Source: the human T2T-CHM13v2.0 reference genome, Homo sapiens. From it: a stretch of DNA of 64,000 nt. Under the pieces are notes generated by a model. The model was given only the letters and a program-made list of their open reading frames with translations, ran no database searches and was not told where the DNA came from. The stretch is from assembly GCF_009914755.1 (NCBI RefSeq), contig NC_060928.1; one strand, written 5' to 3'. Numbering within the stretch: the stretch's first letter is position 1; each line of letters starts with the position of its first letter. Below, piece by piece: positions 43,336 to 55,137 of the stretch. The translations under genes were made by a program, and so were the position numbers.

Positions 43336-44841
43336 ATTTTTTTTTAAATTATACTTTAAGTTCTAGGGTACATGTGCACAATGTGCAGGTTTGTTACATA
43401 TGTATACATGTGCCATATTGGTGTGCTGCACCCATTAACTTGTCATTTACATTAGGTATATCTCCTAATGATATCCCTCCCCCCTCCCCCCACCCCACAA
43501 CAGGCCCCAGTGTGTGATGTTCCTCTTCCTGTGTCCAAGTGTTCTTATTGTTCAATTCCCACCTATGAGTGAGAACATGCGGTGTTTGGTTTTTGTCCTG
43601 GCGATAGTTTGCTGAGAATGATGGTTTCCAGCTTCATCCATGTCCCTACAAAGGCCATGAACTCATCCTTTTTTATGGCTGCATAGTATTCCATGGTGTA
43701 TATGTGCCACATTTTCTTAATCCAGTCTATCATTGATGGACATTTGCGTTGGTTCCAAGTCTTTTCTATTGCGAATAGTGCCACAATAAACATACGTGTG
43801 CATGTGTCTTTATAGCAGCATAATTTATAATCCTTTGGGTATATACCCAGTAATAGGATGGCTGGGTCAAATGGTATTTCTAGTTTTAGATCCTTGAGGT
43901 ATCGCCACACTGTCTTCCACAATGATTGAACTAGTTTACAGTCCCCCCAACAGTGTAAAAGTGTTTCTATTTCTCCACATCCTCTCCAGCACCTGTTGTT
44001 TCCTGACTTTTTAATGATCGCCATTCTAACTGGTGTGAGATGGTATCTCATTGTGGTTTTGATTTGCATTTCTCTGATGGCCAGTGATGATGAGCATTTT
44101 TTTGTGTGTCTGTTGGCTGCATAAATATCTTCTTTTGAGAAGTGTCTGTTCATATCCTTTGCCCACTTTTTGATGGGGTTGTTTGTTTTTTTCTTGTAAA
44201 TTTGTTGGAGTTCTTTGTAGATTCTGGATATTAGCCCTTTGTCAGATAAGTAGATTGTAAAAATTGTCTCCCATTCTATAGGTTGCCTGTTCACTCTGAC
44301 GGTGGTTTCTTTTGCTGTGCAGAAGCTCTTTAGTTTACTTAGATCCCAATTGTCAATTTTGGCTTTTGTTGCCATTGCTTTTGGTGTTTTAGACATGAAG
44401 TCCTTGCCCATGCCTATGTCTTCAATGGTATTGCCTAGGTTTTCTTCTAGGGTTTTTATGGTTTTAAGTCTAACATTTAAGTCTTTAGTCCATCTTGAAT
44501 TAATTTTTGTATAAGGTGTAAGGAAGGGATCCAGTTTCAGCTTTCTACATATGGCTAGCCAGTTTTCCCAGCACCATTTATTAAATAGGGAATCCTTTCC
44601 CCATTTCTTGTTTTTGTCAGGTTTGTGAAAGATCAGATGGTTGTACATGTGTGGTATTATTTCTGAGGGCTTTGTTCTGTTCCATTGGTCTATATATCTG
44701 TTTTGGTACCAGTACCATGCTGTTTTGGTTACTATAGCCTTGTAGTATAGTTTGAAGTCAAGTAGTGTGATGCCTCCAGCTTTGTTCTTTTGGCTTAGGA
44801 TTGTCTTGGCAATGCGGGCCCTTTTTTGGTTCCATATGAAC
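43336..44841 (-). mobile_element. 5'-truncated L1PA (L1PA4/5-like), ~1.5 kb
   Basis: TTATACTTTAAGTTCTAGGGTACATGTGCAC reverse 3' end; ORF2 C-terminus open for 426 codons. Confidence 0.95.
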
Positions 44842-47800
44842 ATACCTTGTGTATATTTTTGGGAGTGAAACTGCTGGGTAATACAGTAATGCTATGTTTA
44901 ATTTTTTGAGGAACTGTCAGATATTTTTCCAAAGTAAATGCATCATTTTACATTCCTGCCAACAGTGCATGAAGGTTCTAATTTCTCCATATACTTGCCA
45001 ACATTTGTTATTATCATTGTTTTTTATTATAGCCATCCTAGTGTGTGTGAAGTGGTATGTCAATGTGGTTTTTATTTTCATTTTCTTGACAGCAGATCAT
45101 GTTGAGCATCTTTTCATGTGCTTATTGGCATTTTTATATCTTCCTTGGATAAACCTCTATTGAAATCCTTTGCCCTTTTCAAATTGGGTTGATATAAAAT
45201 ACTATTAAGTAATTTCTATACTTAGTCAGTACTTAAAGAGTACCTACTATGTTCCAAATACTTTATAATTATAATCACTAACATGTAAAAAGTAATCCTT
45301 CAAAATAGTATTGTAATTTCCATTTAGTTTATGTTGGGACACTCAAGATCAGCATAAAAAGGAAAAACTTACTAAGCTAACAGAGGCAGATACAGGATTA
45401 GGACTAATGTTCAGCTAACATGGAAACCCAAAAAGCTCAGTAATTTTTTGATGCTAGGTGGCCACCTGAGCACACTGAAGTAAATGAACTCATCCTCTCT
45501 TCTGATACCTTCTGTGATCCTCCAAATTTTATCAGGAACGTGCCCTAAATGCACATCTTTGATGCTCCCCTAACGTGGAGAATAAAATTCACACTCCTCA
45601 GCATGCCACTGAGACCTACCCATACTTGATATGCTCCACCATCCCAGCCTCACTTGACGCCATTCCCTAACCCTGTACATCACTCAGCTGGAAAACCACA
45701 AGTTTCCCAGTGTCCTACAGGAAATTTGCACTTTTCTGTCTCCTGGAAAAATTCTACTGATTCTACGGGCAGCTCAAAAGTCTTCATCAGCTGTGCTAAA
45801 TTCTTCTTGTCCCCTGCAATCACATTCCTTTCCCTCTTCAGCACACATACTGTTCCTTAATTCAACCAGTACTGCTGTGTAAGTGTGATGTTCCTGATGT
45901 GTACAAAGTAATGGAGGCATAATAGTGGACATAGTCCGGTCCCTGACACTAGGAAGCTGAAAGTCTAGCCAGAGTCTGTTTCCACTGCTATCCTGTAAAC
46001 TGTCTGAGCCCAGGGATAGTATCATTAACTTTTATCACCTCACCAGCAAGCACATTCCCTGGTAAAATCTAGATTACAAAAAAGGTATTTCTGATATTTT
46101 ACTGAGACTACCAACACTCATACATCTTGCAGGAGATAGACTCTTTTGCTAATGACAACAAATGGAAGGGAACTCTGGCAATAAACTGCTGAGAACTGCA
46201 CAGCAGCACTTCCCAGCTATCTGCCATATGAGATTTAGAACAAAACAATGCAACCCAAATGGGAAGGTGGAAGTGCACAATGAATACACAAAGCTATAAA
46301 CTAAGTGATAATTTTTGTCTTGATTGTGTGAGCTAACTATTAAGAAGATTATAATTAAGAGTTCATTTCTTATAGTACCAACAAGCATTTTAATCAACCT
46401 TGATAGCATTAGCTCCAATTACCATTAGTAAACTATAAAGATTCTGTTTTAAATTGCAATGAGTCAATAAATTCAAGATGGCACTTTAGGAGTAAATGTT
46501 AACAGGACCTTGTCATTTTCCTGAGCACTCACAAGCTATGGATGGGGGCTTCGTGAAGGCACAAGCAACAGTGGGATTTACGAAGCGCTGTGAGCTTCAC
46601 AAACGCTGTTTGTACTCTGGTGTGAAACGAAAAATAATTACCCTTAAGAATGTTTGATAACTGTTTGATCTATGAATTTTTAGCTTCATAGCTTTAAAGA
46701 AAGACATTTTATTTAGCCAAACAATCTAATAGACTAACAAACTCAAAACAAAGGCTGACAAAGAGAGTCATCTGAAATTCTCATTATTAACTTACAACAT
46801 TTGCATAAATTTGAACAGAGATGGATGGCTTTAAATGACGGTCACTAATTAAGAGACCGAAACAAACAAAAGACTAACAAAACATTATGTACAAAGACAA
46901 GCACATTAGCATATTCTATCTCATATCTCCCTTAAAATGACATGAAGACAAATATTCCTGATTACACCTGAAGCAATAATGTAACTAAGGCAATAAATCA
47001 CTTGAAGAAACCTAAGGGGGCTTCTTTTTAAACACATTGATTTGGGTATTAGGACTGTCACTGAAATATAAACATAAAATGGAATCAAATTTGTTGTGAT
47101 GATGTATCACTGAAACGTTTGCCTCTTTCCTGGAAAAATTTAATCAGTAGGTGGACATGTGACTATAACCCAGATGTATTTGTTTAAAAAGACTGCCAGA
47201 TTATTAGAAAACTCTCTTTCAAATGTCCATCAGAATAGACATTTATCCCTAGTAAGGCACATCACAGGATTGAAAGTCAAGTCAAAAGTGGTTAAATGCT
47301 TGGGTGTTGCATTTTTTTGCTTCCCTTAAGAGAAGATCTAGAAGGTTTTTTTTTCAATGAATTTAACTCTAAAGTCTTATTTTTAAGATGTGTAACAAAG
47401 TTCACATTGTGTGGGAAAATTTGACAGTAGGGAAGCAAAGAAAGGATAGAACACTGGGCAGAGTCTAGCTATAACTATGCAGGGGTGGCACCACCCATTT
47501 TCAGAAAGGCCACCACAAAGAGACATGGCAAGAAAGAAAGTCCCTTGTTGGATGAGCCATGGGAAATCTGTGATGCAAGGATTTCAGTATCTCAGACCTG
47601 ATATCCATTAGCACCTTGGTACGCAAAACAAATTTGTTTTACAGACTAATGGTAATAACTGACATAAACCCTGAAAATTTCAAGTTATTTAGAAATGAAT
47701 TTTTTTCAATCAAAATTTTGTTCTAACTTTTCCAACTATTAGAATCACACTATGATGTTATCTGTTAGAATGTTTTGTAATTTTCTTCTCTAATGTGATT

Positions 47801-48299
47801 ATCCAGTTCTCCACTGCCATCATTGAAATTTCCCACCAATTCTATGTATAAAACATTTTACATTTAGGTAAACTTAAAAGACACCTTAGTAGAGTGTTGA
47901 TAAACACTCCAATAATTAATCTTGTAAATACCCAGAATATGCAGAATCTGTATAAAAAATTTATGGTCCAGATACCCTGATCAAATGTCTGGATAATTCA
48001 TTCATTTACCAAGTGTTGGTTCAATCCCTACTTGCCTACTGCGTGAAGTGTTATTCTTAGGGAAGTTACTTATTTTCCTTAAAATCAACATCTACTTTTT
48101 TGTTAATCTACTGTGCAGTCTTTAGAGAAAAAATTATGAACCTATAGAATGTTTCAGATTCTTTCAACAAATTTAAGAAAAGAGAATAACACTGCATGGT
48201 TCCATAATAACAATTTCAGTACTACCATCATTTGCATAAAGGCAATGTCTCTTTTACTATATAAGAAGGAAAAATATATCTAAAAATTCAGTGCTCCTT

Positions 48300-48881
48300 C
48301 AGAGGCCACAGTATCTACTATCCTGGCAATCTTTACAGTTTTCTCACTTCTTCGGGGGACAGTCTACCCTCTACTTCTTCAGCATCTCCCTATCCCTGAT
48401 AGACACAACCTCAGAGTAGTTAAGTGACCCAGAACTGACCAATCAGAAGTTTCTGCATTCCTAGTTTCAGTGATTAATTCAAAAACTAAACATATTTAAA
48501 AATCAATCATGGCCAGTCAATTTTCACTGGGATTACTCATATGGAACCCAGTATAAATATGCTGTCTTATCCTGCAATGTTGCTAACCTGGGAATGTAGG
48601 GCTCCTGTGTTCCCCATGCTACTTTTAAAAAGCTAACTGTCATAGGCTCGAACAAGAGCAATATACACTGGGAAACTGAGAAATACATGATGGAACACTG
48701 ATAGAAAGACAGTCCTACTCTCACTGAGTTCTAGTTCTGTTCTCCAGATGCCTGCTCCCTATAGATCATCCTTTGACTTGAACTACCCACAATGTGCTTC
48801 CTAGTAATATATGTCAATAAACTTCACTTTTAATTCAGGGTGTACATTTTCACCCTGTAACTGAAAAAGTCTTGATTGACA
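48300..48881 (+). mobile_element. Old MLT1 (J/K-like) LTR
   Basis: GTGACCCAG..CTGACCAATCAGA...CAGTGATT motif; TGTAACTGAAAAAGTCTTGATTGACA-type end. Confidence 0.6.
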
Positions 48882-49076
48882 CTTCTCCTTTAATGATGTT
48901 GAATAAATTAGCTCTCATGCTTTGGCATTCTTTTATTACATTTCCATTTATTGAACATTGACTGGGCTCACAAAGCACTGGGCTCACAAAGACTAAGCCA
49001 CAATCCTTATATTTAATAATTAAATAACATTTAATTATTTGATAATCTTTATATTGAATATAGAAAACTTAACACG

Positions 49077-49647
49077 TGTGGGGACCCACTCAGAACCCCA
49101 GAGTTGGTATGAAGATTATTTGATGCTGAAGAAATTTGAAATTCGACAAATGCAGAAAGAAATCTTCTTAAAACTTCTCTCATCTGAGCAGAAGCAGAAA
49201 TTTGTGAGAAATAAGGCTTCCATAAATCCCTTTAGGGCAGGTCTACTCCCAGAAGAGAAACCAAGGGTAAACTACCACAGATTCCCTCTTGGGAGAGTTT
49301 CTAGGCCAAGAAAGAGTGGAAAAGGCCACTCCTACCTCCATACACAAATATTATTATCATACATCTTTTAATCTTCTGTCTGTTTTCCTAAAAATCTATT
49401 TGTCTTTCCTAAATAAACCATCTGTTCTTCCTATAGAAGCCTTTTCTCCCCCACCCCTTTCCTTTAGTAACTTAGGTATATAGGCCTCTAACCTTAGTCA
49501 CCTAGCTAGCTTGCTAGTTCATTTATTAGTTCTCCTATTCATGGGAATAAGCCTTTTTTCCCCCTTTAATCCATATTTTGTCAGTTTAGTTCACAGACCT
49601 CAGAGAGCAAACTTAAGAGGGTACCAGAAAAGTTTTCCTCCCTGACA
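49077..49647 (+). mobile_element. MER34-family ERV1 solo LTR
   Basis: TGTGGGGACC...GATTATTT..GCTGAAG start; TCAGTTTAGTTCACAG...AAAAGTTTTCCTCCCTGACA end; TSD CACG/CACA. Confidence 0.8.
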
Positions 49648-50041
49648 CACATAAACCATTAACATAATAAAAATTTGTATATTTTATTTAAAAATGTATA
49701 GTATAAAAACTGTATATTGAGGAAATGTCCTATAGAGACAATCACATACACATATGTCATCATCATCATCATCATTATCAGCTTCATCAAAGGGCTTCTT
49801 TTAAATGATGTGGGGGTAAGGTAATCTTCAAAGCAACTATAATGGATCTTGACAAAATAATTTCAAAGTTCTGAATCACTTATTTGGTTTAAATGAGATT
49901 TATTCATCACAAATTCTTTGGGTCTCATCTCATCCAAATTGATCTCAAATAGAAAACATGCTTTTTATTCTGATCATTTACTTTACGTAAAGGGCTAACA
50001 CATGTATACTTCCCTTTGCAGGCAGACCATGCTGAATACTA

Positions 50042-50195
50042 TATATATACATATATAAGACTATGTAGAGTCTCCTATATATAGTCTATATATACATATA
50101 TAAGACTATGTAGAGTCTCCTATATATAGTCTATGTATACATATATAAGACTATGTAGAGTCTCCTATATATAGTCTATATATACATATATAGTC
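50042..50195. repeat. 45-bp tandem repeat, ~3.4 copies
   Basis: Unit TATATATACATATATAAGACTATGTAGAGTCTCCTATATATAGTC; CTATGTAG recurs at 50061, 50106 and 50151. Confidence 0.97.
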
Positions 50196-50291
50196 CTTCT
50201 CTAGAAATACATACAAAATATCAGTTCAGTCTTCCCCAATATGACTGAGGTAGTCATTCTTATTATCCCCTTCTTAAAAATGAGGATCCTG

Positions 50292-50640
<349 letters not shown>

Positions 50641-50684
50641 TTAGAGAGATAGTTCAGGATGGAACTAGGTCTTGTCAAAGTAAC

Positions 50685-51025
50685 CAATATCCTCTGGGTG
50701 GGCTCAAAGTTGTCACTATGACTCTTACAAGAAAACAACAGCAAGGGGGTCAGAGTCAGAGATGAAGCTGGAATGGTGAAAGCAGTGTTGGAGTAATGAG
50801 AAGCCATGAACTGAAGGCTACGGTCAGACTCCAGAAGCTGGAAGAAGGCTAGAAAACAGATTCTCTCTTAGAGATTCCAGAAGGAGCCCAGCCTTGCTGA
50901 CACCTTGATTTTAGCCCAGTGAAATGAATTCAAATTTCTGGTGTGCAGAACTGTAAAAAATAAGTGTGTTATTTTAAGCTGCTCAGTTGGTGGAAATTTA
51001 TTATAGCTACAATAGGAAACCAACA
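50685..51025 (+). mobile_element. MLT1D-like LTR (partial)
   Basis: CCAGAAGCTGGAAGAAGGC..AACAGATTCTC..CTGACACCTTGATTTTAGCCCAGTGA...AATAGGAAAC. Confidence 0.8.
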
Positions 51026-51429
51026 GAATCTCACAACATCTTTTCCCAGTGGGGAAAATAAAAAGTAATATTTACATGGCATCTGCCTTGGCAACTGGGG
51101 GTGTTCTTTCAGAACCTATAGCTGAGGCAAAAAAATAAAAAATAAAAAGAAGAATTAAGAAGATAGAGTCACATATTCAGGCCTCATTAGAAATTAAATC
51201 TGAAGCAAAAGCCCTTATACTTGATATGCTAAGTATTAATAAAAGTTATATCCAAATAGCAAGGTGACAAATTCTGGAAAACCTTTCATCTGACTCTGCA
51301 ATATCAATTTAAAACACTCCATTGATGTTTCAATATTACAAAATGCCCTGGAAACACCTGGGATGATGGAGACATTGGTATTAATATTTTTTTCCATGAA
51401 TAATATCATCACATTTATCAATAGCATAC

Positions 51430-51586
51430 TAAGAGGGAGAGCATCAAGATAAATAGCTAATGTATGCAGGGCTTAACACCTAGGTGATGGGTTGATAGGT
51501 ACAGCAAACCACCACGGCACACATTTATCTATGTAACAAACCTCCACATTTTGTACATGTATCCTGGAACTTAAAATTTTTTAAAA
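51430..51586 (+). mobile_element. Extremely 5'-truncated older L1PA 3' end
   Basis: TAGCTAATG.ATGC.GGGCTTAA.ACCTAGGTGATGGGTTGATAGG...CTATGTAACAAACC; TSD AGCATAC on both sides. Confidence 0.88.
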
Positions 51587-53099
51587 AGCATACCAAATCA
51601 CTGAGTTTTTTTACAGGATCCTTCAAAACAAGATATTAAATATTTACTAATCAGTGTTAATAAATATTCTAAATATTTTTAAATATAACATTGCTTCTGC
51701 CTGATCCAATGATCTAGAGTTAATGAATTTGATGATGCTATCAAAAAGCTAAATATGGCAATAGACCATTGATCACTCTTGCTATGAAAGAATGGGGACT
51801 ATAAGTCAATAAATAAGTGGGGGCTCCTGTTTTCAATAGTTCGCTGCCCTTGAGTATGCCATTTTTCCCTAAAAGGGATTGAAGATGGGTGATGGACTAT
51901 ATGATTAAAATTCATAAAAATGACATGTTATTCTAAGATGACTGGGTACAGAAAATCTCGTCAGCTCTTACTTAAGCAATTTTCCAAAAACTGGAAGGAA
52001 ACACAGTCACACACACCGTGGGGTCACTTCCTGCAGAGATGACTTGGGGACATAGCTGAATGAGGCTGAAAAGTCAGACCTCACAAGTTCATTATAGGTT
52101 TAGCTGAGGCTGGGGCCTGTCGGACTCTTTTTTGTTTGTTTGTTTTTTGGTCAAGGTTAAGTCTGGGTAAGTCTATTCAGGTATGTTTTCCCAGAATTTA
52201 AGCTAAAATGATGAAAACTGCCTTTGAACTTGAAGGTTCTGCGGTAAGTGCACAAATTAAAAGACATCTGAAGGTAGGAAGAGGAGACGTTGCCTTTCTT
52301 CTTAATTTGAATGTTCAGAAAAACCAGTAATTAGATTCATTACGTTAAAATTGAACTTAATTCCTTTAATCTGAAAATTTCAAAGGGCTTTCAAAAGCTC
52401 ACAAATTGCTGTTAATCCCGATGGCACAAAGATGACCTATGTCATTTTAGTGGTATGGTATGGTTGAAATAAAAACACAAGAGTTTGATTATTCCTCTGA
52501 GGGTTCAGTTTCGTTTTGCTCTCCCATAAATTAATTTGAAGAGAAAAATCAACTTGGTGTCAGTGATTAAGCAATAATTTTAATGCATACACATGCACAT
52601 GTACATTTGCATACAGAGTGAAATTTATTCTTTAAATAGCTGTAGAGAATCTACAAAAGCAGAGTACAAACTACCCAGAGTGAATAGTTAGTATCAATAA
52701 AACTCATATTCCATTTTTACTGTGGACCATACTTCTAGCACCAGCATTTTGATCCCAAACACAAAAAGCACACTGGAATTCCTCTCTCTCTTTCTTTCTT
52801 TCTCACTTTTTCTCTCTCGTAATCTCCTTCTTGCTATCATTCATAGCGCTAGAGAATTTTAGACTAGAAAAGACTTAAGAAATCACTTATTTACTAGTTC
52901 TTCTTTTTATACCTGTGTAAACTGATCAATCAAATTAAAGCAAGTTGACTGGGTAAATGGAGTTGCTAGTTAGGAAAATAGGAATTAATGCCTACAATGA
53001 CTACTGTCATCTCTTTCAAAATCTGTTTAAAAAATAATTACATAGTTTAGGAACACATAGTGTGGCAAAAGGGTTTTCTTTTTGTATTTTTCCTTTTGT

Positions 53100-53624
53100 T
53101 TCTATCACATAGCATCCATCTTTCCTTCTCACGTTAGCACCTCAACCTAGATTGTAGGGAACTACTGTCCCACCACAAGCCCAGGCCCCTCCAGGGGGCT
53201 TCCAGGTTGAGGCATGTGGCTCAGAAGTCTAACCACTCAGAGCATGGTGTTGCCTTGGCCAGGGTGTAGGTTCTGTTAGGGCATGTGGTCCAAAGAGGGC
53301 CAATGAGGCATGAGGCCGTTTCTTCTGAAGCCACTGGCCAGGAGGTAGCTGCTCTTCCCCACTGAGACTGACCCTCACAGGATGTGATGCAGGCATTGTC
53401 TGCAACCACCTAGCACCACGTGAAGCCAGAAAATAAAGCCATTAGAGTAGAAGCCAGAGCTGAGAGATTAAATGGATTCCTAATGACATATTAAATTAAG
53501 TTCCACCTGAAGCCCAGAACTACCACCTGGGCCTCTCAATTATTTGGGCCAAGAAATTGTGGGTTTATTTTTTGTTTTTGTTGAAGCCAGTTTGAACTGG
53601 CTTTTAAGTCACTCAAGTACTAAC
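53100..53624 (+). mobile_element. Old MLT1 (K/L-like) LTR
   Basis: GGCATGTGGTCCAAAGAGGGCCAATGAG; TTGAAGCCAGTTTGAACTGG.TTTT..GTCACT end. Confidence 0.65.
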
Positions 53625-53889
<265 letters not shown>

Positions 53890-54481
53890 TAGACGTGGAG
53901 CAGGGCCAGTAGAGAAAGGAGAGAGACCCATGACAATAGCACAGAGACAGGTGCTGTCATAAGAAGTAGTAAGGTGTTGTATATACTTTCCTGGAGAGGA
54001 GAAGAGCTAGTTAGTTATTACAATGTCATAGAGAAAAGGCAATATATTTATCAAGCTGGTGTTCCAAATCCCTTTTTCCTGCTCTGATCCCATCTCTTCC
54101 TTGGATTCAACCTCAAGTCCTGGAATTCATCCAGTAAGGAAAGAGGTAGAAACAGCCTCTATGTCAATCATGACCCAGTATGAGTTCAGTTTAATTCATT
54201 GTATTCCATTAGGCATTTGCAGACATTGTGCAGAACATTGCAGGGGAGCGTGGGTGAAAAGGTCCTAATTGCCCTATTCTAAGGGCTCTAATATGTCCAG
54301 AGGAACAAATATAGGCAAAGACAACAAGATAACTGTAATGCCTGATGGATTAGTATGGATGGTGGGGGGAAAGGCCAACTCTGAAAAAGGTGGGAGTTGA
54401 GCTAGACCTTGGTGGAGAGGTATAGTATGTGGGGTGGGTGGGAGTGGTCATTTCAAACACACGTCCTCTTGCCATTTCCTA

Positions 54482-54613
54482 TTTTTCTTTCTGTTCCTCT
54501 CCTCTCCTCTCCTCTCCTCTCCTCTCCTCTCCCCTCCCTTCCCCTCCCTTCCTCTTCTCTTCTCTTCTCTTCTCTTCGTTCTTTCTTTCTTCCTTCTTTT
54601 CTCCTGCTTTTCT
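54482..54613. repeat. Polypyrimidine (CTCTC/CTCTT)n tract
   Basis: Read directly from the sequence. Confidence 0.92.
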
Positions 54614-54877
54614 AGTAATTATGATGTTGTTTATCAAATTAGCATCAAGTGCAAATCTATTAATGGGGGTGTTACCAAGCATCCAACTGGTGCTGGATTG
54701 GTTAGGGCTCATGAATATATAATTAAAATTCTATAAGAGTTGCATTCAGCAAATATGTAGAATTTTAAAGCTGGAAGAGACCTTTAGCAAGCCCCTGATT
54801 TTGTAGGTGAGAGAACGAATGTGAGATCAGGTAACTGGTGATAGTTGCAGATCTGGGACTAGAAACCAATGAAGTTA

Positions 54878-55137
54878 TGCTCAGCATGGTTGCTCGTGCC
54901 TGTAATCCCAGCACTTTGGGAGGCCAAAGTGGGAGGATCACTTGAGGTCAGGAGTTTGTGACCAGCCTGGCCAACATGGTGAAACCCCGTCTCTACTAAA
55001 AATACAAAAATTAGCTGGGCATGGTGGTGGGGGCCCGTAATCCTAGCTACTCGGGAGGCTGAGGCAGGAGAGTCGCTTGAATCCAGGAGGCAGAGGTTAC
55101 AGTGAGCTGACATGGTGCCACTGCACTCAGCCAAAAA
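54878..55137 (+). mobile_element. AluS (Sz-like) lacking its last ~25 nt, inserted in a MIR
   Basis: TSD AGAAACCAATGAAGTT/AGAAATCAATGAGGTT. Confidence 0.92.

Larger units (their letters stand above)
42518..45190 (-). mobile_element. L1MB-like 3' region, interrupted by an AluJ and an L1PA
   Basis: CAGTTTTATTG..GTATAAT...TTGTGACTGGCTTC.TTCATTTAGCATAAT; resumes at ~44842 with ..GGGAGTGAAACTGCTGGG...TTTTGAGGAACTG. Confidence 0.85.

Noticed and set aside
50042-50195. CRISPR-like array of palindromic repeats
   Set aside because: No unique spacers, no cas genes, eukaryotic context; it is a plain tandem repeat
54409-54736. Leu/Ser/Pro-rich and Glu/Arg-rich ORFs resembling membrane or coiled-coil proteins
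   Set aside because: Artefact of the stop-free CT microsatellite
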